This document shows positions 48,294 to 59,939 of a DNA stretch of 64,000 nt, one piece after another. This DNA is from Terriglobia bacterium. Lineage in GTDB: Bacteria; Acidobacteriota; Terriglobia; Acidiferrales; UBA7541. The notes below the pieces were generated by a model. That model searched no databases and had not been told where the DNA came from. It saw nothing but the letters and a program-made list of their open reading frames with translations. Made by a program: the position numbers and the translations under genes. The stretch covers positions 3,872,001-3,936,000 of the forward strand of contig OY968796.1 in the NCBI GenBank assembly GCA_963695545.1, written 5' to 3'. The first letter of the stretch is position 1; every line of letters starts with the position of its first letter.

Positions 48294-48437
48294 AGTTCTC
48301 TCCTCATCAAGCTTCTCGTCGCGTCTCGACGTTATGCGCCTGAAAGTCTAACACGAGGTTGCGCCACACGCGGCAGACTGGCCGGATTTCCGCAAATCGC
48401 GTACACTTCCGCCGACATCATCTAAAGGAGTCAGTAA

Positions 48438-49187
48438 ATGGCCGATCTATTCAAAACTTCCAATCCCGCGTTGAATGCCAACACCTTCCAGGGTCCGGTC
48501 GCCGAAGCCGGCCAGGCCATGACGCTGCAAGGCACGGTCAACAAAACCGGCTTGCTGCTGCTCTGCGTCGTGGGCACAGCCGCGTGGACCTGGGGCCTCG
48601 CGCATTCCGCGACTCCTCAAGCGGTGCTCCCCTGGATGATTGGCGGCGCCATCGCCGGGCTGATCTTCGCGCTGGTGACGGTATTCAAAAAAAGGTGGTC
48701 GCCGATCACAGCTCCCATTTACGCGCTGTGCGAAGGGCTCCTCCTGGGCGGCATTTCCGCGCTGCTTGAACAGCAGTATCCCGGCATCGCGATTCAAGCC
48801 ATGGGATTGACGTTCGGCGTGACCGCCGTGATGCTGGTGCTCTACACTTCACGCGTCCTCCGCGCGACGCCGAAATTCACCATGGGCGTGATCGCGGCCA
48901 CCGGCGGCATCTTCCTGCTCTACATGGTGGACATTGCCATGGGCTTTTTCGGCCACCACATCGCGCTGCTCAATAGCTCCGGTCCGTGGGGCATCGGACT
49001 GAGCGTGGTGATCGTGATCATCGCCGCCCTGAATCTGATTTTGGATTTCGGTTTCGTCGAAACCGGCGTGCAAGCGAGCGCGCCGAAGTATATGGAATGG
49101 TACGGCGCGTTCGGCATCATGGTGACGCTGGTCTGGATGTACGTGGAGATCCTGAATCTGCTGGCTCAGTTGCGCAATCGCCGCTAA
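48438..49187 (+). CDS. Bax inhibitor-1/YccA-family membrane protein
   Basis: SNPAL, MTLQGTVNKT and APKYMEWYGAFGIMVTLVWMY. Confidence 0.9.
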   Translation: MADLFKTSNPALNANTFQGPVAEAGQAMTLQGTVNKTGLLLLCVVGTAAWTWGLAHSATPQAVLPWMIGGAIAGLIFALVTVFKKRWSPITAPIYALCEGLLLGGISALLEQQYPGIAIQAMGLTFGVTAVMLVLYTSRVLRATPKFTMGVIAATGGIFLLYMVDIAMGFFGHHIALLNSSGPWGIGLSVVIVIIAALNLILDFGFVETGVQASAPKYMEWYGAFGIMVTLVWMYVEILNLLAQLRNRR

Positions 49188-49224
49188 CGCCCGGCGTGAT
49201 GCTGAATTCGATTTTGGGGGCGCC

Positions 49225-49259
49225 CCCATGTTCGTCCCGCCCCACGGGCGAACGTGGGA
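49225..49259. repeat. REP-like hairpin or terminator between convergent genes
   Basis: CCCATGTTCG-T-CCCG...CGGG-CGAACGTGGG. Confidence 0.45.
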
Positions 49260-49286
49260 TTAATTGTCGCGAAGCCGATTTCTCTT

Positions 49287-49757
49287 TCACGCTTCTGAAA
49301 TCTCGTCGCCCACGCGGATTTCTCCGCCCGACACAATTTCCGCTCTCAACCCGCCGCGATGTAGCAGCGCCTTAATCACGCCCTTGGCGCCCGACAACGC
49401 CTCCAGATGCTCGCACGGCTCGCACAGCCGAATACCCTCGAGCGTCACCGCGCCCACGCGAAATTTCCGTCCCACCAGATGATTAAGCGCGACGCCGCGC
49501 GTCGTCAAATTTCGCCGCGCGCTCGCCGCCGCTAACTCGATCTTCGATTCCCGCGCAATCGCCTCCAGCGCCTCTTCCTCGATCAGCGTGACGTGCCTAC
49601 CCCCGCCCTCCCAATTTGAAAACGAACCCACTCCCGCGCCATACCGATCGCCATCGATCCCTTTGCCCTCGACGACGGTCGCCGTCGCCACCGACGAGAG
49701 ATCGCCTTTCGCCTCTCGTGCGACGTAAATCCCCGTCAATCGCCCTGACCAGCTCAT
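49287..49757 (-). CDS. MOSC domain protein
   Basis: Motifs GIDGDRY, RRNLTTRG and CEPC. Confidence 0.88.
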   Translation of the reverse strand: MSWSGRLTGIYVAREAKGDLSSVATATVVEGKGIDGDRYGAGVGSFSNWEGGGRHVTLIEEEALEAIARESKIELAAASARRNLTTRGVALNHLVGRKFRVGAVTLEGIRLCEPCEHLEALSGAKGVIKALLHRGGLRAEIVSGGEIRVGDEISEA

Positions 49758-49901
49758 GAAATCTCCGGGAAGTACTTCTGCCACGGTGTAAAACAACGCT
49801 ATCCCAACTTCGTGCTGCCGACAACTTCCAAATTGGCGCGCCACCGCTCCTGATAGACTCATCGAGCGGCTGCGCCTTTATTTGGAGCCCGGCAAAAGCA
49901 C

Positions 49902-50690
49902 ATGAGCCCAGAACGGCTTGGCCAACATTTTCTGATCGGCGCGGGTTGGCGCGAACGCGTGATCGGCGCGATCGCGCCGAAGCCGAACGCCGTGTGGCTT
50001 GAGATCGGAGCGGGGCACGGCGAAATGACCACGCTGCTCGCGTGTCGCGCCAAGCAAGTGATCGCGATCGAGCTCGACCCGCCGCTCGCGCGGCGCCTCG
50101 AAGAAGTCACGGCGGCCGCCGGGAACGTGCGCGTGGTTTCGGGCGACGTGCTGGAACTCGATCTCGCTTCGCTCGTACCGCTCGCCGGCGCAGAGCGCTT
50201 TCACGTTTACGGCAATCTTCCTTACTACATCACCTCGCCCATCTTGCATCGCCTGTTCGAGATGGCCGAGCGCATCGCATCGATCCACATCGTGGTGCAA
50301 ATGGAGGTCGCCGAGCGGATCGCCGCGCGACCCGGCCGGCGTGAATACGGCTACCTCTCTGTCTTGGCGCAATTCCATGCGCGGCCTGAGATTCGCCTAA
50401 AAATCCCGCCGGGCGCATTTCGTCCGCGCCCGCGCGTGTTTTCCGCGCTGGTGAGCATGGAACTCCCGGGCGCCGGCAGCACGCTGGGCATCGCGGATAC
50501 CGCCGCGTTTTTCGAGTTCGTGAAAGTGTGCTTCGCGCAAAAACGAAAAACGCTCTGGAACAATCTGCGAGGCGCGGTCGGAGAAGAGCGCACAAAAATA
50601 GCGCTGGCCGCCGCGAGCATCGAGCCCCGCACGCGCGCCGAGGAACTATCCGTGCCCCAATTCGCCGCGTTATATCGCGCTTTGCCCTAA
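49902..50690 (+). CDS. rsmA: 16S rRNA adenine dimethyltransferase
   Basis: Motifs LGQHFL, EIGAGHG, GNLPYYITSP and FAQKRKTL. Confidence 0.95.
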   Translation: MSPERLGQHFLIGAGWRERVIGAIAPKPNAVWLEIGAGHGEMTTLLACRAKQVIAIELDPPLARRLEEVTAAAGNVRVVSGDVLELDLASLVPLAGAERFHVYGNLPYYITSPILHRLFEMAERIASIHIVVQMEVAERIAARPGRREYGYLSVLAQFHARPEIRLKIPPGAFRPRPRVFSALVSMELPGAGSTLGIADTAAFFEFVKVCFAQKRKTLWNNLRGAVGEERTKIALAAASIEPRTRAEELSVPQFAALYRALP

Positions 50691-50826
50691 GGCTCTCTCC
50701 CGGGCTCTTTGAGGTATCTGCGGTACGGCTCCCGCACCGCATCTGAGCATCTAAATGTCAGGCGGTGTTTGTGAAGCGGGAACGTTTCCCACCGCCGCAT
50801 TTGCTCACGATGAGGAGGAAGCTACA

Positions 50827-51393
50827 ATGACCGTCCGCACAAAAAATTGGATTTCAGGATTGCTCCTGGCCACGGCCATCACTTTCGGCGCAGGCTACAC
50901 GGCGAGAACGTCAGCTGCCGCAGCAGAACCCGCGACGGCCCCGGCCAGGAACACACTTGCTGGCCAAGTGGATCACGCGCTATCCATGATGCCGCGCTAC
51001 ACAGTTTTCGATAACATCTCGTTCCGCGTGAAAGGCACCAAGGTGATCCTCTTGGGACAAGTCACGCAGCCAGTAACCAAGAGCGATGCTGAGAACGCCG
51101 CGAAGGGCGTGAAAGGCGTCACCCAGGTAGTGGACAAAATCGAGGTGCTTCCGCTTTCGCCGATGGACGACCAAACCCGGCTCGCGGAATATCACGCGAT
51201 CTACGATTACCCGAGCCTTTCGCACTACGGACTCGGCTCATACCACGCGATTCGTATCATCGTGAATAACGGCCACGTCACGCTGGTTGGCACGGTGGAC
51301 TCGAAGGCCGACGCCGACACGGCCAACGTTCGCGCCAATGGCGTGCCTGGCGTTTTTTCGGTGACCAACAACCTTACAGTGGCAGCGAGCTGA
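50827..51393 (+). CDS. BON domain periplasmic protein
   Basis: Signal peptide and two BON repeats (VILLGQV...VKGVTQVVDKIEV; VTLVGTV...VFSVTNNL). Confidence 0.88.
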   Translation: MTVRTKNWISGLLLATAITFGAGYTARTSAAAAEPATAPARNTLAGQVDHALSMMPRYTVFDNISFRVKGTKVILLGQVTQPVTKSDAENAAKGVKGVTQVVDKIEVLPLSPMDDQTRLAEYHAIYDYPSLSHYGLGSYHAIRIIVNNGHVTLVGTVDSKADADTANVRANGVPGVFSVTNNLTVAAS

Positions 51394-51583
51394 ACTGGGC
51401 CGAACACGGCCGAAAACGAAGCATGCCTCGTGGCGGCGCGAACCCGGCAAAAATGGATTCGCGCCGCTACCGCAAATGAGCGACGGGCGTGCGCGCGCAG
51501 CGCACGCCCAGGATGTTGCAAGCCGGACACCGCGCGCGGCGCCAACCTTGCCGGGTCCGCGGCGGCTCTGTGATACTCGCGGC

Positions 51584-52720
51584 ATGAGGATCAGCGCCCG
51601 ATTTCTGCTCGTGCTATTGCTGATCGCGGCGGCAGCGCGCGCGGACGAAATCCGCTTGAAGGACGGCTCGAAGATCATCGGCACAATCGTGGGCTTCGAG
51701 GACGGCTCCTTCAAGGTGCAAACGAGCTACGGATTCGCAATGGTCCGCAAGGATCAGATCGCCGAAATTATTCCAAGCGCGCCCAAGCCGCAGCCCGCAC
51801 CGGTAAAACCTAAGCCTGACGATAGGGATTCATCCGCCGCTGCTACGGCTGGCGCCGACGCAACATCTGCATCGTCGACCGCCGCGAATCCGTCTTCCAG
51901 TTCCGCGCCAGATTCAAGTTCCGCGCCGTCGCTGAGTCTCGCGCCGTCGGACGATTCACTTTCCGATGCTGCACATGCGTCTGCCGACGATTCGAGTGTG
52001 GGATCGCCCGTGGTCGCGCCGACGCCTTCTTCCGCTGCTCCGACGCATGCCACGGCGGCCAAAACCGCGCCGCGCCAAGCGAAGGCGACCGCGGTACGCG
52101 CCTCCGCGGCGCCCGCTGCGCCGGTGCCCGCGCCGGCGCCGCAGCCCAACTCGTTGGGCGCTCCGGCCACAGCGCCGATGCCCGAAGCGGCACCATCGCC
52201 GGAAACCGCGTCAGTCACCCCCGCAGCGCCGCCGGAAACCAAGCCGGAACCGATCCGCGATGAAATCGTTGGCAATCTCTATATCAACCACACCTACGGA
52301 TTCGACATTTACAAGCCGCCGGACTGGGACATGCTGCCCGAAGAAATGAATTCACTGCCGAACGCGGTGGCGGCGATGGGAGACGAAGACAGTACCACGC
52401 TGCTCTTGATCGGCCGCGAAGCGCGCAAGGGCGCGCTCGATGCTCAAGCCGCCGCCATGGACACCGAACTGCACAACATTTACGACAACTTTCGGCTTCT
52501 CTCGTCAACGCACACGACCGTTGGAGGCGAGCCGGCGATCGAGCGCCATTTCCGCGGCACCGCCGCCGATCGCGATTGGTCGGTCACGGCGGTGACGGTG
52601 GCGCACGGAAATAATCTTTTCACGGTATTGGGAATGACCTATGCCGATTCCGATTTGATTCAAATTCAAGAGAACGTGATCGCGCGCGCGATTTCGAGCT
52701 TAAGATTTGAGTTTCCATGA
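51584..52720 (+). CDS. Secreted protein: small N-terminal beta domain, long Ser/Pro/Ala linker, PsbP-like C-terminal domain
   Basis: Signal peptide ending ARA|D, then DEIRLKDGSKIIG; C-terminal YINHTYGFDIYKPPDW...SLRF. Confidence 0.7.
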   Translation: MRISARFLLVLLLIAAAARADEIRLKDGSKIIGTIVGFEDGSFKVQTSYGFAMVRKDQIAEIIPSAPKPQPAPVKPKPDDRDSSAAATAGADATSASSTAANPSSSSAPDSSSAPSLSLAPSDDSLSDAAHASADDSSVGSPVVAPTPSSAAPTHATAAKTAPRQAKATAVRASAAPAAPVPAPAPQPNSLGAPATAPMPEAAPSPETASVTPAAPPETKPEPIRDEIVGNLYINHTYGFDIYKPPDWDMLPEEMNSLPNAVAAMGDEDSTTLLLIGREARKGALDAQAAAMDTELHNIYDNFRLLSSTHTTVGGEPAIERHFRGTAADRDWSVTAVTVAHGNNLFTVLGMTYADSDLIQIQENVIARAISSLRFEFP

Positions 52721-53571
52721 AATCGACCGCCATCGTGCTGATCAATTGTCCCGACCAAAAAGGGATTAATGCCGCGATTGCGGACTTTATTTTTCGCAAC
52801 AACGGCAACATCGTGCACGCCGACGAGCATCAGGACGCGGAAGAAAAACTGTTCTTGATGCGCGTGGAATGGGAGCTCGAAGGTTTTGCGATCGCGCCGG
52901 AGGATTTCGAGAAACAGTTTGCGCCGCTGGCCGAACGATTCGGGATGCAGTGGCGCCTGGCGCTCTCCAGCTACAAGCCACGCACGGCGATCTTCGTCTC
53001 GCAACACGATCACTGCCTCGTGGATCTGCTCTACCGGCACCGCACGGGCGAATTGCCATGCGAGATTCCGCTGATCGTCAGCAATCATCCGGACGCGCGC
53101 CGCGACGCGGAATTTAACGGCATCCCGTTCCACATGATTCCCGTTTGGCCCGAAGACAAGGCCGCGGCCGAGCGCACGCAACTCGATCTGCTGCACGAAA
53201 CGCGCATCGATCTGGTGGTTTTGGCGCGCTACATGCAGATTCTTTCGCCGGAATTCGTGCGGCAGTACCCGCAGCGGATCATCAATATTCATCATTCGTT
53301 CTTGCCGGCGTTCGTCGGCGCGAAGCCGCATCGTCAGGCCTATCAGCGCGGCGTGAAACTAATCGGGGCGACTGCTCACTACGTCACTGAGACGCTGGAC
53401 GACGGCCCGATCATCGAACAGGACGTCGCGCGCATTTCCCATCGCGATGCCGTCGACGATTTGGCGCAGAAGGGACGCGATCTCGAGAAAATCGTGCTCT
53501 CGCGCGCCGTGCGCTGGCACCTCGAGAATCGCATCCTGGTGTACGGCAAAAAAACTGTGATCTTCGATTAA
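52717..53571 (+). CDS. purU: Formyltetrahydrofolate deformylase
   Basis: CPDQKGI ACT domain, LARYMQIL, INIHHSFLPAF and GVKLIGATAHY. Confidence 0.96.
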   Translation: MKSTAIVLINCPDQKGINAAIADFIFRNNGNIVHADEHQDAEEKLFLMRVEWELEGFAIAPEDFEKQFAPLAERFGMQWRLALSSYKPRTAIFVSQHDHCLVDLLYRHRTGELPCEIPLIVSNHPDARRDAEFNGIPFHMIPVWPEDKAAAERTQLDLLHETRIDLVVLARYMQILSPEFVRQYPQRIINIHHSFLPAFVGAKPHRQAYQRGVKLIGATAHYVTETLDDGPIIEQDVARISHRDAVDDLAQKGRDLEKIVLSRAVRWHLENRILVYGKKTVIFD

Positions 53572-53640
53572 AGCGCAGTTTGGAGTGCTTTGAGGAGCGG
53601 TGCTATGCTCCTCCCGCAATCGGGCGGCACGGGAGAGATC

Positions 53641-54675
53641 ATGCGCCCACATCCATTACTGAGTTCCCTTCTCTTGATCGCCATCAGCGCGTTCACCTGT
53701 CTGGGCCAAGATGGCGGCCCGAGCATGTCCGATTCCGGATACGAAATCAGCGGAATTGTGCGAGACGCGGCAAGCAGTCAGACGCTGAACGGGATTCGCG
53801 TTGATTTGACGAGCAGCGGAATTCCTATGCAATTCACGTTCACGGAAAACAGCGGCCAGTTTACGTTTTCAGGCGTGCAGAGCGGGCAATATAGGATTCA
53901 AGTTAATGCGGAAGGTTATGAGCCATTTGATCAGGCCGTTAACGTTTCTCGCTCGTCCGTCTACGGCTTCAACGCCGACCTAAAGAAGATAGCCGGCGCA
54001 CCTGCCTCAACGGCGGGAGCCGTCACCGTTCACCAACTCGGCGTCCCGGCGAAGGCGCAAAAGGAGTTTAACAAGGCGTTCGATTTGATGAGAACGAAGT
54101 CGGACTATCGCGGTGCGATCGTCGAGTTCGATCGCGCGATTCAGGATTTTCCAGACTACTACGAGGCGTACGCGATGGAGGGGGCGGCTTACCTCGCTCT
54201 TTCCGACGCAACTTCGGCCGAGAAGGTGTTGCGAAAATCGATCGAGCTCAGCGCCAGCAAATATCCCACGGCGTTATTTCTACTCGCGGGCACGCTGAAT
54301 TCCACCAATCGTTTTGCGGAGGCGGAGGGCCCCGCTCGCCAATGCGTTGCAATCGATGAGTTGTCGTCGGACGGACACTTTGAGTTGGGCCGCGCTTTAC
54401 TCGGGCTCGGGAAACTCGACGAAGCGCTGCAGAACGCACTGCGGGCCCGCGAACTGGAACCGAACAATCCGAGGACTTTCCTGCTCTTGGCCAACATCCA
54501 CGGGGCGCGGCAAGAATATGCAGCATTCCTCAAGGACCTCGACGGATATCTCGCCCTGGTGCCTTCGGGACCAATGGCCGATGAGATTCGCAAAAAGCGG
54601 GATCAGGCGCAGCAAGCTTTGCGCGACGCGCAGCCCGCTCCGCCGCAGGCGCAACCAGCACAGACGCCGCAATAA
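53641..54675 (+). CDS. Secreted carboxypeptidase-regulatory-like domain plus TPR protein
   Basis: ISGIVRD...GQFTFSGVQSGQYRIQV followed by TPR helices. Confidence 0.8.
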   Translation: MRPHPLLSSLLLIAISAFTCLGQDGGPSMSDSGYEISGIVRDAASSQTLNGIRVDLTSSGIPMQFTFTENSGQFTFSGVQSGQYRIQVNAEGYEPFDQAVNVSRSSVYGFNADLKKIAGAPASTAGAVTVHQLGVPAKAQKEFNKAFDLMRTKSDYRGAIVEFDRAIQDFPDYYEAYAMEGAAYLALSDATSAEKVLRKSIELSASKYPTALFLLAGTLNSTNRFAEAEGPARQCVAIDELSSDGHFELGRALLGLGKLDEALQNALRARELEPNNPRTFLLLANIHGARQEYAAFLKDLDGYLALVPSGPMADEIRKKRDQAQQALRDAQPAPPQAQPAQTPQ

Positions 54676-54697
54676 ATTCTGCTTTCGGGACCGTAGT

Positions 54698-56104
54698 CTA
54701 GAATTTTGTAACTTCGGAGAAGCGGAAGCCGTGAACCTTCATCGCAGGAACGACCATCTCGAAAGATTCCTCGCCCGTTGAACGCACTGCCGGGCTGAGC
54801 GCCGCGACGTTGCGCAGCATCTCGAGAACGCTCTGATTGAACCGGAAATTGCGCACGCCCGCGACGATCGAACCGCCTTCAACCAGAAACGTACCGTCGC
54901 GCGTCATTCCCGTGAGCACCTTTTCGTACGGATCGACTTCACGGATGTACCACAGGCGCGTGACGAGAATCCCGCGCTCGGTCGATCCAACCATCTCATC
55001 CACGGAGTCCGTGCCGCCGGCGAACACAAGATTGAACGGCGCTTCGCCCCATTCGTTCGGAAGCGAAAAGCCGTGGCCGGTGGGCTTGGCTTTCATTTTC
55101 TTCGCCGTCGCACGCGAGTAAACCAAATTCTGCGGCACGCCGCGCTCCACGAGCAGCACGCGTTGCCGCGGGATTCCTTCGCCGTCGTACGGCGGACCGG
55201 TTTGGAGCGAATGATACGCGTCGTCCCATAACGTAATGTTCTCGCCCATCAATTTTTTGCCGAGGCGCCCGGTGAAGCACGAGCGTTTATCGCGCACTGC
55301 GGTGCCCGCGAAGTCGTAAAACAAAAATCCCACCAGATCCAGCACGGCGGCGGGCTCGAGAATCACCGTCCACGATCCCGGTTCGACCTCGCGCGGATGG
55401 CGAGACAGAATCGCTTTGTTGCTGGCCCGCTCCGCGAGATCCTTCGGATCGATAACGGCGAGCAAAGGAGAATTTTCCTTGGCCCAACCGGAAGAATCCT
55501 CTTCGAGAATCGTGACGGAAAATTCTGCGCGCGTCTGGCGATAGGCCGCAACCAAGCCGCTTGAATTCGCAAGCAGCGAGGCCGAAGCTCCGGTGGCAAA
55601 AATGCCGGCTGCGGTCTGTCCGCGCACTGCGGCAAGTTTCGCCACGTGCTCCACGGCGCGCGCGCGGTCGGCGGGCGTGGACTCGGCGGTTGCGGCATCG
55701 AAGCGCGAAACCTTGGCGTATTTCTGGCGGCGCGGCATCGGCAAGAGATCGGGATCTTTCGGCTGGCTGCGCGCGAGCGTGCCGGACGAAGCAACGACGC
55801 GGCGCAGCGATTCTTCGTCGGTCTTGTTCGTGGTGGCGCGAGCGGTGCGGCCGCCAAATACGGTGCGCACGGAAACGATCAGCGAAAGCTCGGCGACATT
55901 CTGGTGAATCGCGTTGTTGGCGAACCGCGTCAGCGCGTCGGCGTTTACGGCGACGCCGACCTCGGTTTCATCCGCATCAGAAAAACGCAACACGCGTTCG
56001 GCGATGCGATGCAGCTCGGCTTCGGTCGGAAGATGCGCCGCGGCCACGGCTGGAATGGCCTCGCGGCGTGCCTTGGCGCGATTTGTGCGGCGAACGGCTT
56101 TCAT
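54698..56104 (-). CDS. tldE: TldE/PmbA-family protein
   Basis: Motifs LTRFANNAIHQN, DGEG and TGMTRDG; no HExxxH; coupled to tldD. Confidence 0.85.
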   Translation of the reverse strand: MKAVRRTNRAKARREAIPAVAAAHLPTEAELHRIAERVLRFSDADETEVGVAVNADALTRFANNAIHQNVAELSLIVSVRTVFGGRTARATTNKTDEESLRRVVASSGTLARSQPKDPDLLPMPRRQKYAKVSRFDAATAESTPADRARAVEHVAKLAAVRGQTAAGIFATGASASLLANSSGLVAAYRQTRAEFSVTILEEDSSGWAKENSPLLAVIDPKDLAERASNKAILSRHPREVEPGSWTVILEPAAVLDLVGFLFYDFAGTAVRDKRSCFTGRLGKKLMGENITLWDDAYHSLQTGPPYDGEGIPRQRVLLVERGVPQNLVYSRATAKKMKAKPTGHGFSLPNEWGEAPFNLVFAGGTDSVDEMVGSTERGILVTRLWYIREVDPYEKVLTGMTRDGTFLVEGGSIVAGVRNFRFNQSVLEMLRNVAALSPAVRSTGEESFEMVVPAMKVHGFRFSEVTKF

Positions 56105-57561
56105 GATTTTGCGAATGCGGCGCCGATCTTGACGTTGCGGAAACGCGCCGGCGAAGCGCCGTGGCCCGTGCCCATCGTCTGCATGGGCTGGCCCTTGCCG
56201 CAATTCGGCGTGCCCCACAGCGTCCAGTGCTCGCGCGAGCAGATGGCGTCGCACGAATTCCAGAATTCGGTCGTGATGCCGCTATAGCTCGGATTTTTGA
56301 GCATGCGCGTTTTTTTGCCGCCCTTAATTTCCCAGCCGATTTCCGTGGAGAACTGAAATTGATAGCGGCGATCGTCGATGGACCACGAGCGATTGGTTTC
56401 CATCAGGATGGCGTCATCGGTGTCGGCGATCAGATCGTCGAATTTCCACGTGCCCGGCAAAAGACTGATATTCGTCATGCGAATGATGGGCAGGCGATTC
56501 CAGCTTTCGGTGCGCATGGTGCCGCCGGAACGCTTCAGGCCGATCACCGGCGCGGTTTCGCGATTCGAGAGATAACCGGTGAATAGGCCGTCCTTGATAA
56601 TTTCGGTGCATTGCGCGGGAACGCCTTCGTCGTCGTAACCGAAGGTGCCGAGCCCAGGTCCATGTTCGAGGCGCGCGTCGGCCACCACATTGACGACGTC
56701 CGAACCGTAGCGCAGCTTCCCGAGCTTATCGAGCGTGAGAAAACTCATGCCGGCGAAATTTGCTTCCATGCCGAGCACGCGATCAAGTTCAATGGGATGC
56801 CCGACGGATTCGTGAATTTGCAGCCCGAGCTGCGAACTCTCGAGCAAAATCGTCTTCGTGCCTTCCGGTGATTGCTCGGCTTTGTGCAAGGCAACAGCCT
56901 CTTCGGCGACGCGCTGCGCGTTGCCGACGAGATCGAGCGATTCAATCAGTTCGTATCCGGCAAGTTGATGCTGGCCGCCAAAACTATTCGGATAGGAGCG
57001 CTTCTGAATTTCGTTCCCGTGAAAACTGGTCGCCACGATGCCCGCGCCCGATTGCATTTTCACTTGATGAATCACGGAGCCAATGCTCGAAGCGAAAAGT
57101 TGCTCGATGCGCCGAAACACCATGGATGTTTCGGCAACCGTGACGCCCTTCACGCGCGACATTTCGCGGTCCGCGGCCAGCAGCAGCGCGAGCTGACTTT
57201 CGATCGATATGCGAAACGGATCCTTTACGTACGGATTCTGCCAGGTATCCACATGCGCGGGTTCGGGAGCCATCACGACGTCGGCGCGCTTGGCTAAGCC
57301 TGACGCTTTGGCGATAGCCACGGCCTCGGCGGCGCAAGCCTGGATGCCTTCGCGCGTCAGGCGGTCCGTCGCAGCGAACCCCCACGCGCCGTGATACAGC
57401 ACGCGCACGCCGATCCCCAGCGATTCGGATTCGGAGAGCGATCCGACCAGGCCATTCTTTGTGGAAAGTTCGCGCGAGCGAATGTCCATCACGCGTGCAT
57501 CGGCATAGGAAGCGCCGCGCAGCTTGGCAGTTTCGATAGCGGTTGTGGCGAGGTCGAGCAA
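56101..57561 (-). CDS. tldD: TldD metalloprotease
   Basis: Motifs HESVGH, YDDEG, RMTN and CGK. Confidence 0.92.
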   Translation of the reverse strand: MLDLATTAIETAKLRGASYADARVMDIRSRELSTKNGLVGSLSESESLGIGVRVLYHGAWGFAATDRLTREGIQACAAEAVAIAKASGLAKRADVVMAPEPAHVDTWQNPYVKDPFRISIESQLALLLAADREMSRVKGVTVAETSMVFRRIEQLFASSIGSVIHQVKMQSGAGIVATSFHGNEIQKRSYPNSFGGQHQLAGYELIESLDLVGNAQRVAEEAVALHKAEQSPEGTKTILLESSQLGLQIHESVGHPIELDRVLGMEANFAGMSFLTLDKLGKLRYGSDVVNVVADARLEHGPGLGTFGYDDEGVPAQCTEIIKDGLFTGYLSNRETAPVIGLKRSGGTMRTESWNRLPIIRMTNISLLPGTWKFDDLIADTDDAILMETNRSWSIDDRRYQFQFSTEIGWEIKGGKKTRMLKNPSYSGITTEFWNSCDAICSREHWTLWGTPNCGKGQPMQTMGTGHGASPARFRNVKIGAAFAKS

Positions 57562-57612
57562 AGAAACATTTTCGGGTAAGCGCGGCGATGCGTCAAGCCG
57601 CGATGCGAGAAA

Positions 57613-58365
57613 TCAACCGAGCGTGTTGGCCCCGTTGACGGAAATTTTCTGGCCGGAGATGAAATTGGCGGCGTCGGAGGCCAGAAACGCGACGGCTTCG
57701 CCAACATCTTCTGGCACGCCCATGCGGCGCATGGGAACTTCGGTGGCGTACGCATCCTTCGCGGCCTGAGGATCGCGCGCATGGCGTTCGGTGGGAATCC
57801 AGCCGGGCGCGACGAGGTTCACGGTGATGCCCCACGGAGCAAGCTCGCGGGCCCACGAAAGCGTTTGCCCCAGCTGCGCGCCTTTCGCGGAAACGTAGTT
57901 TGAAAATTCCGGCACGCCGCGATCGAAAACCTCCGAGCCGATTTGAATGATGCGGCCGTAGCGCCGCTCCTTCATCGATCCGACGACGGCTTTCACCAGC
58001 AACAACGGGCTCTTCACGAAAAATTCCAATTGATCGAGGCAATCGCGCCACGACATTTTCTCGATGGCGATGAACGGCTGCGGACCGGTGGCGTTGGGAA
58101 CCAGAATATCCACGGGGCCGAAACGCGCGCGGATTTCGGCGACCAAGCGATTTACTTCAAATTCCTCCCGGACGTCGGCGTGGAAAAATTCAGCTTCGCC
58201 GCCGGCGGCGCGAATGCCTTTCGCCACACGCTCGGCTTTATCGGGGCTGGCGAAATAGTTGACCGCGACTTTCGCGCCGCGCTTTCCGAGAGAATGCGCG
58301 ATGGCGGCGCCGAGACCGCGCGAAGCGCCGGTGACCAGAGCAACGCGACCGGAAAGTTCTGCCAT
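57613..58365 (-). CDS. SDR-family oxidoreductase (FabG-like)
   Basis: Motifs TGASRGLG, YVSAK and NLVAPGW. Confidence 0.9.
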   Translation of the reverse strand: MAELSGRVALVTGASRGLGAAIAHSLGKRGAKVAVNYFASPDKAERVAKGIRAAGGEAEFFHADVREEFEVNRLVAEIRARFGPVDILVPNATGPQPFIAIEKMSWRDCLDQLEFFVKSPLLLVKAVVGSMKERRYGRIIQIGSEVFDRGVPEFSNYVSAKGAQLGQTLSWARELAPWGITVNLVAPGWIPTERHARDPQAAKDAYATEVPMRRMGVPEDVGEAVAFLASDAANFISGQKISVNGANTLG

Positions 58366-58437
58366 GGCAGTCAGGGAGTATAGCGGAAAGTCAGCGCGGC
58401 GCGCGAAATCACGGGCAGAGCCCGGGTGGGGATCGCG

Positions 58438-58476
58438 CAAAGAAAAAGCCCCACACGTAAAGTCAACGTGTGGGGC
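58438..58476 (-). terminator. Intrinsic terminator downstream of ahcY
   Basis: 11-bp stem GCCCCACACGT/ACGTGTGGGGC followed on the minus strand by TTTTTCTTT. Confidence 0.7.
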
Positions 58477-58543
58477 GCCCATTTCAGGGATGATCCCGCC
58501 AAGTTTCGCTGCACCGCGACGAAAACGGCTTACGCGACGATTC

Positions 58544-59854
<1,311 letters not shown>

Positions 59855-59939
59855 TTATGGATATCCTGCGTTTCTAATTGTCTCGATGCGGTTTTGGCGA
59901 ATGCGCTCGCGCCGTGCGACGGCCGAGCGTCGCGAGGAA

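Noticed and set aside
54698..57561. RiPP cluster around tldD/tldE
   Set aside because: No precursor peptide or modifying enzymes are adjacent; the context is housekeeping.
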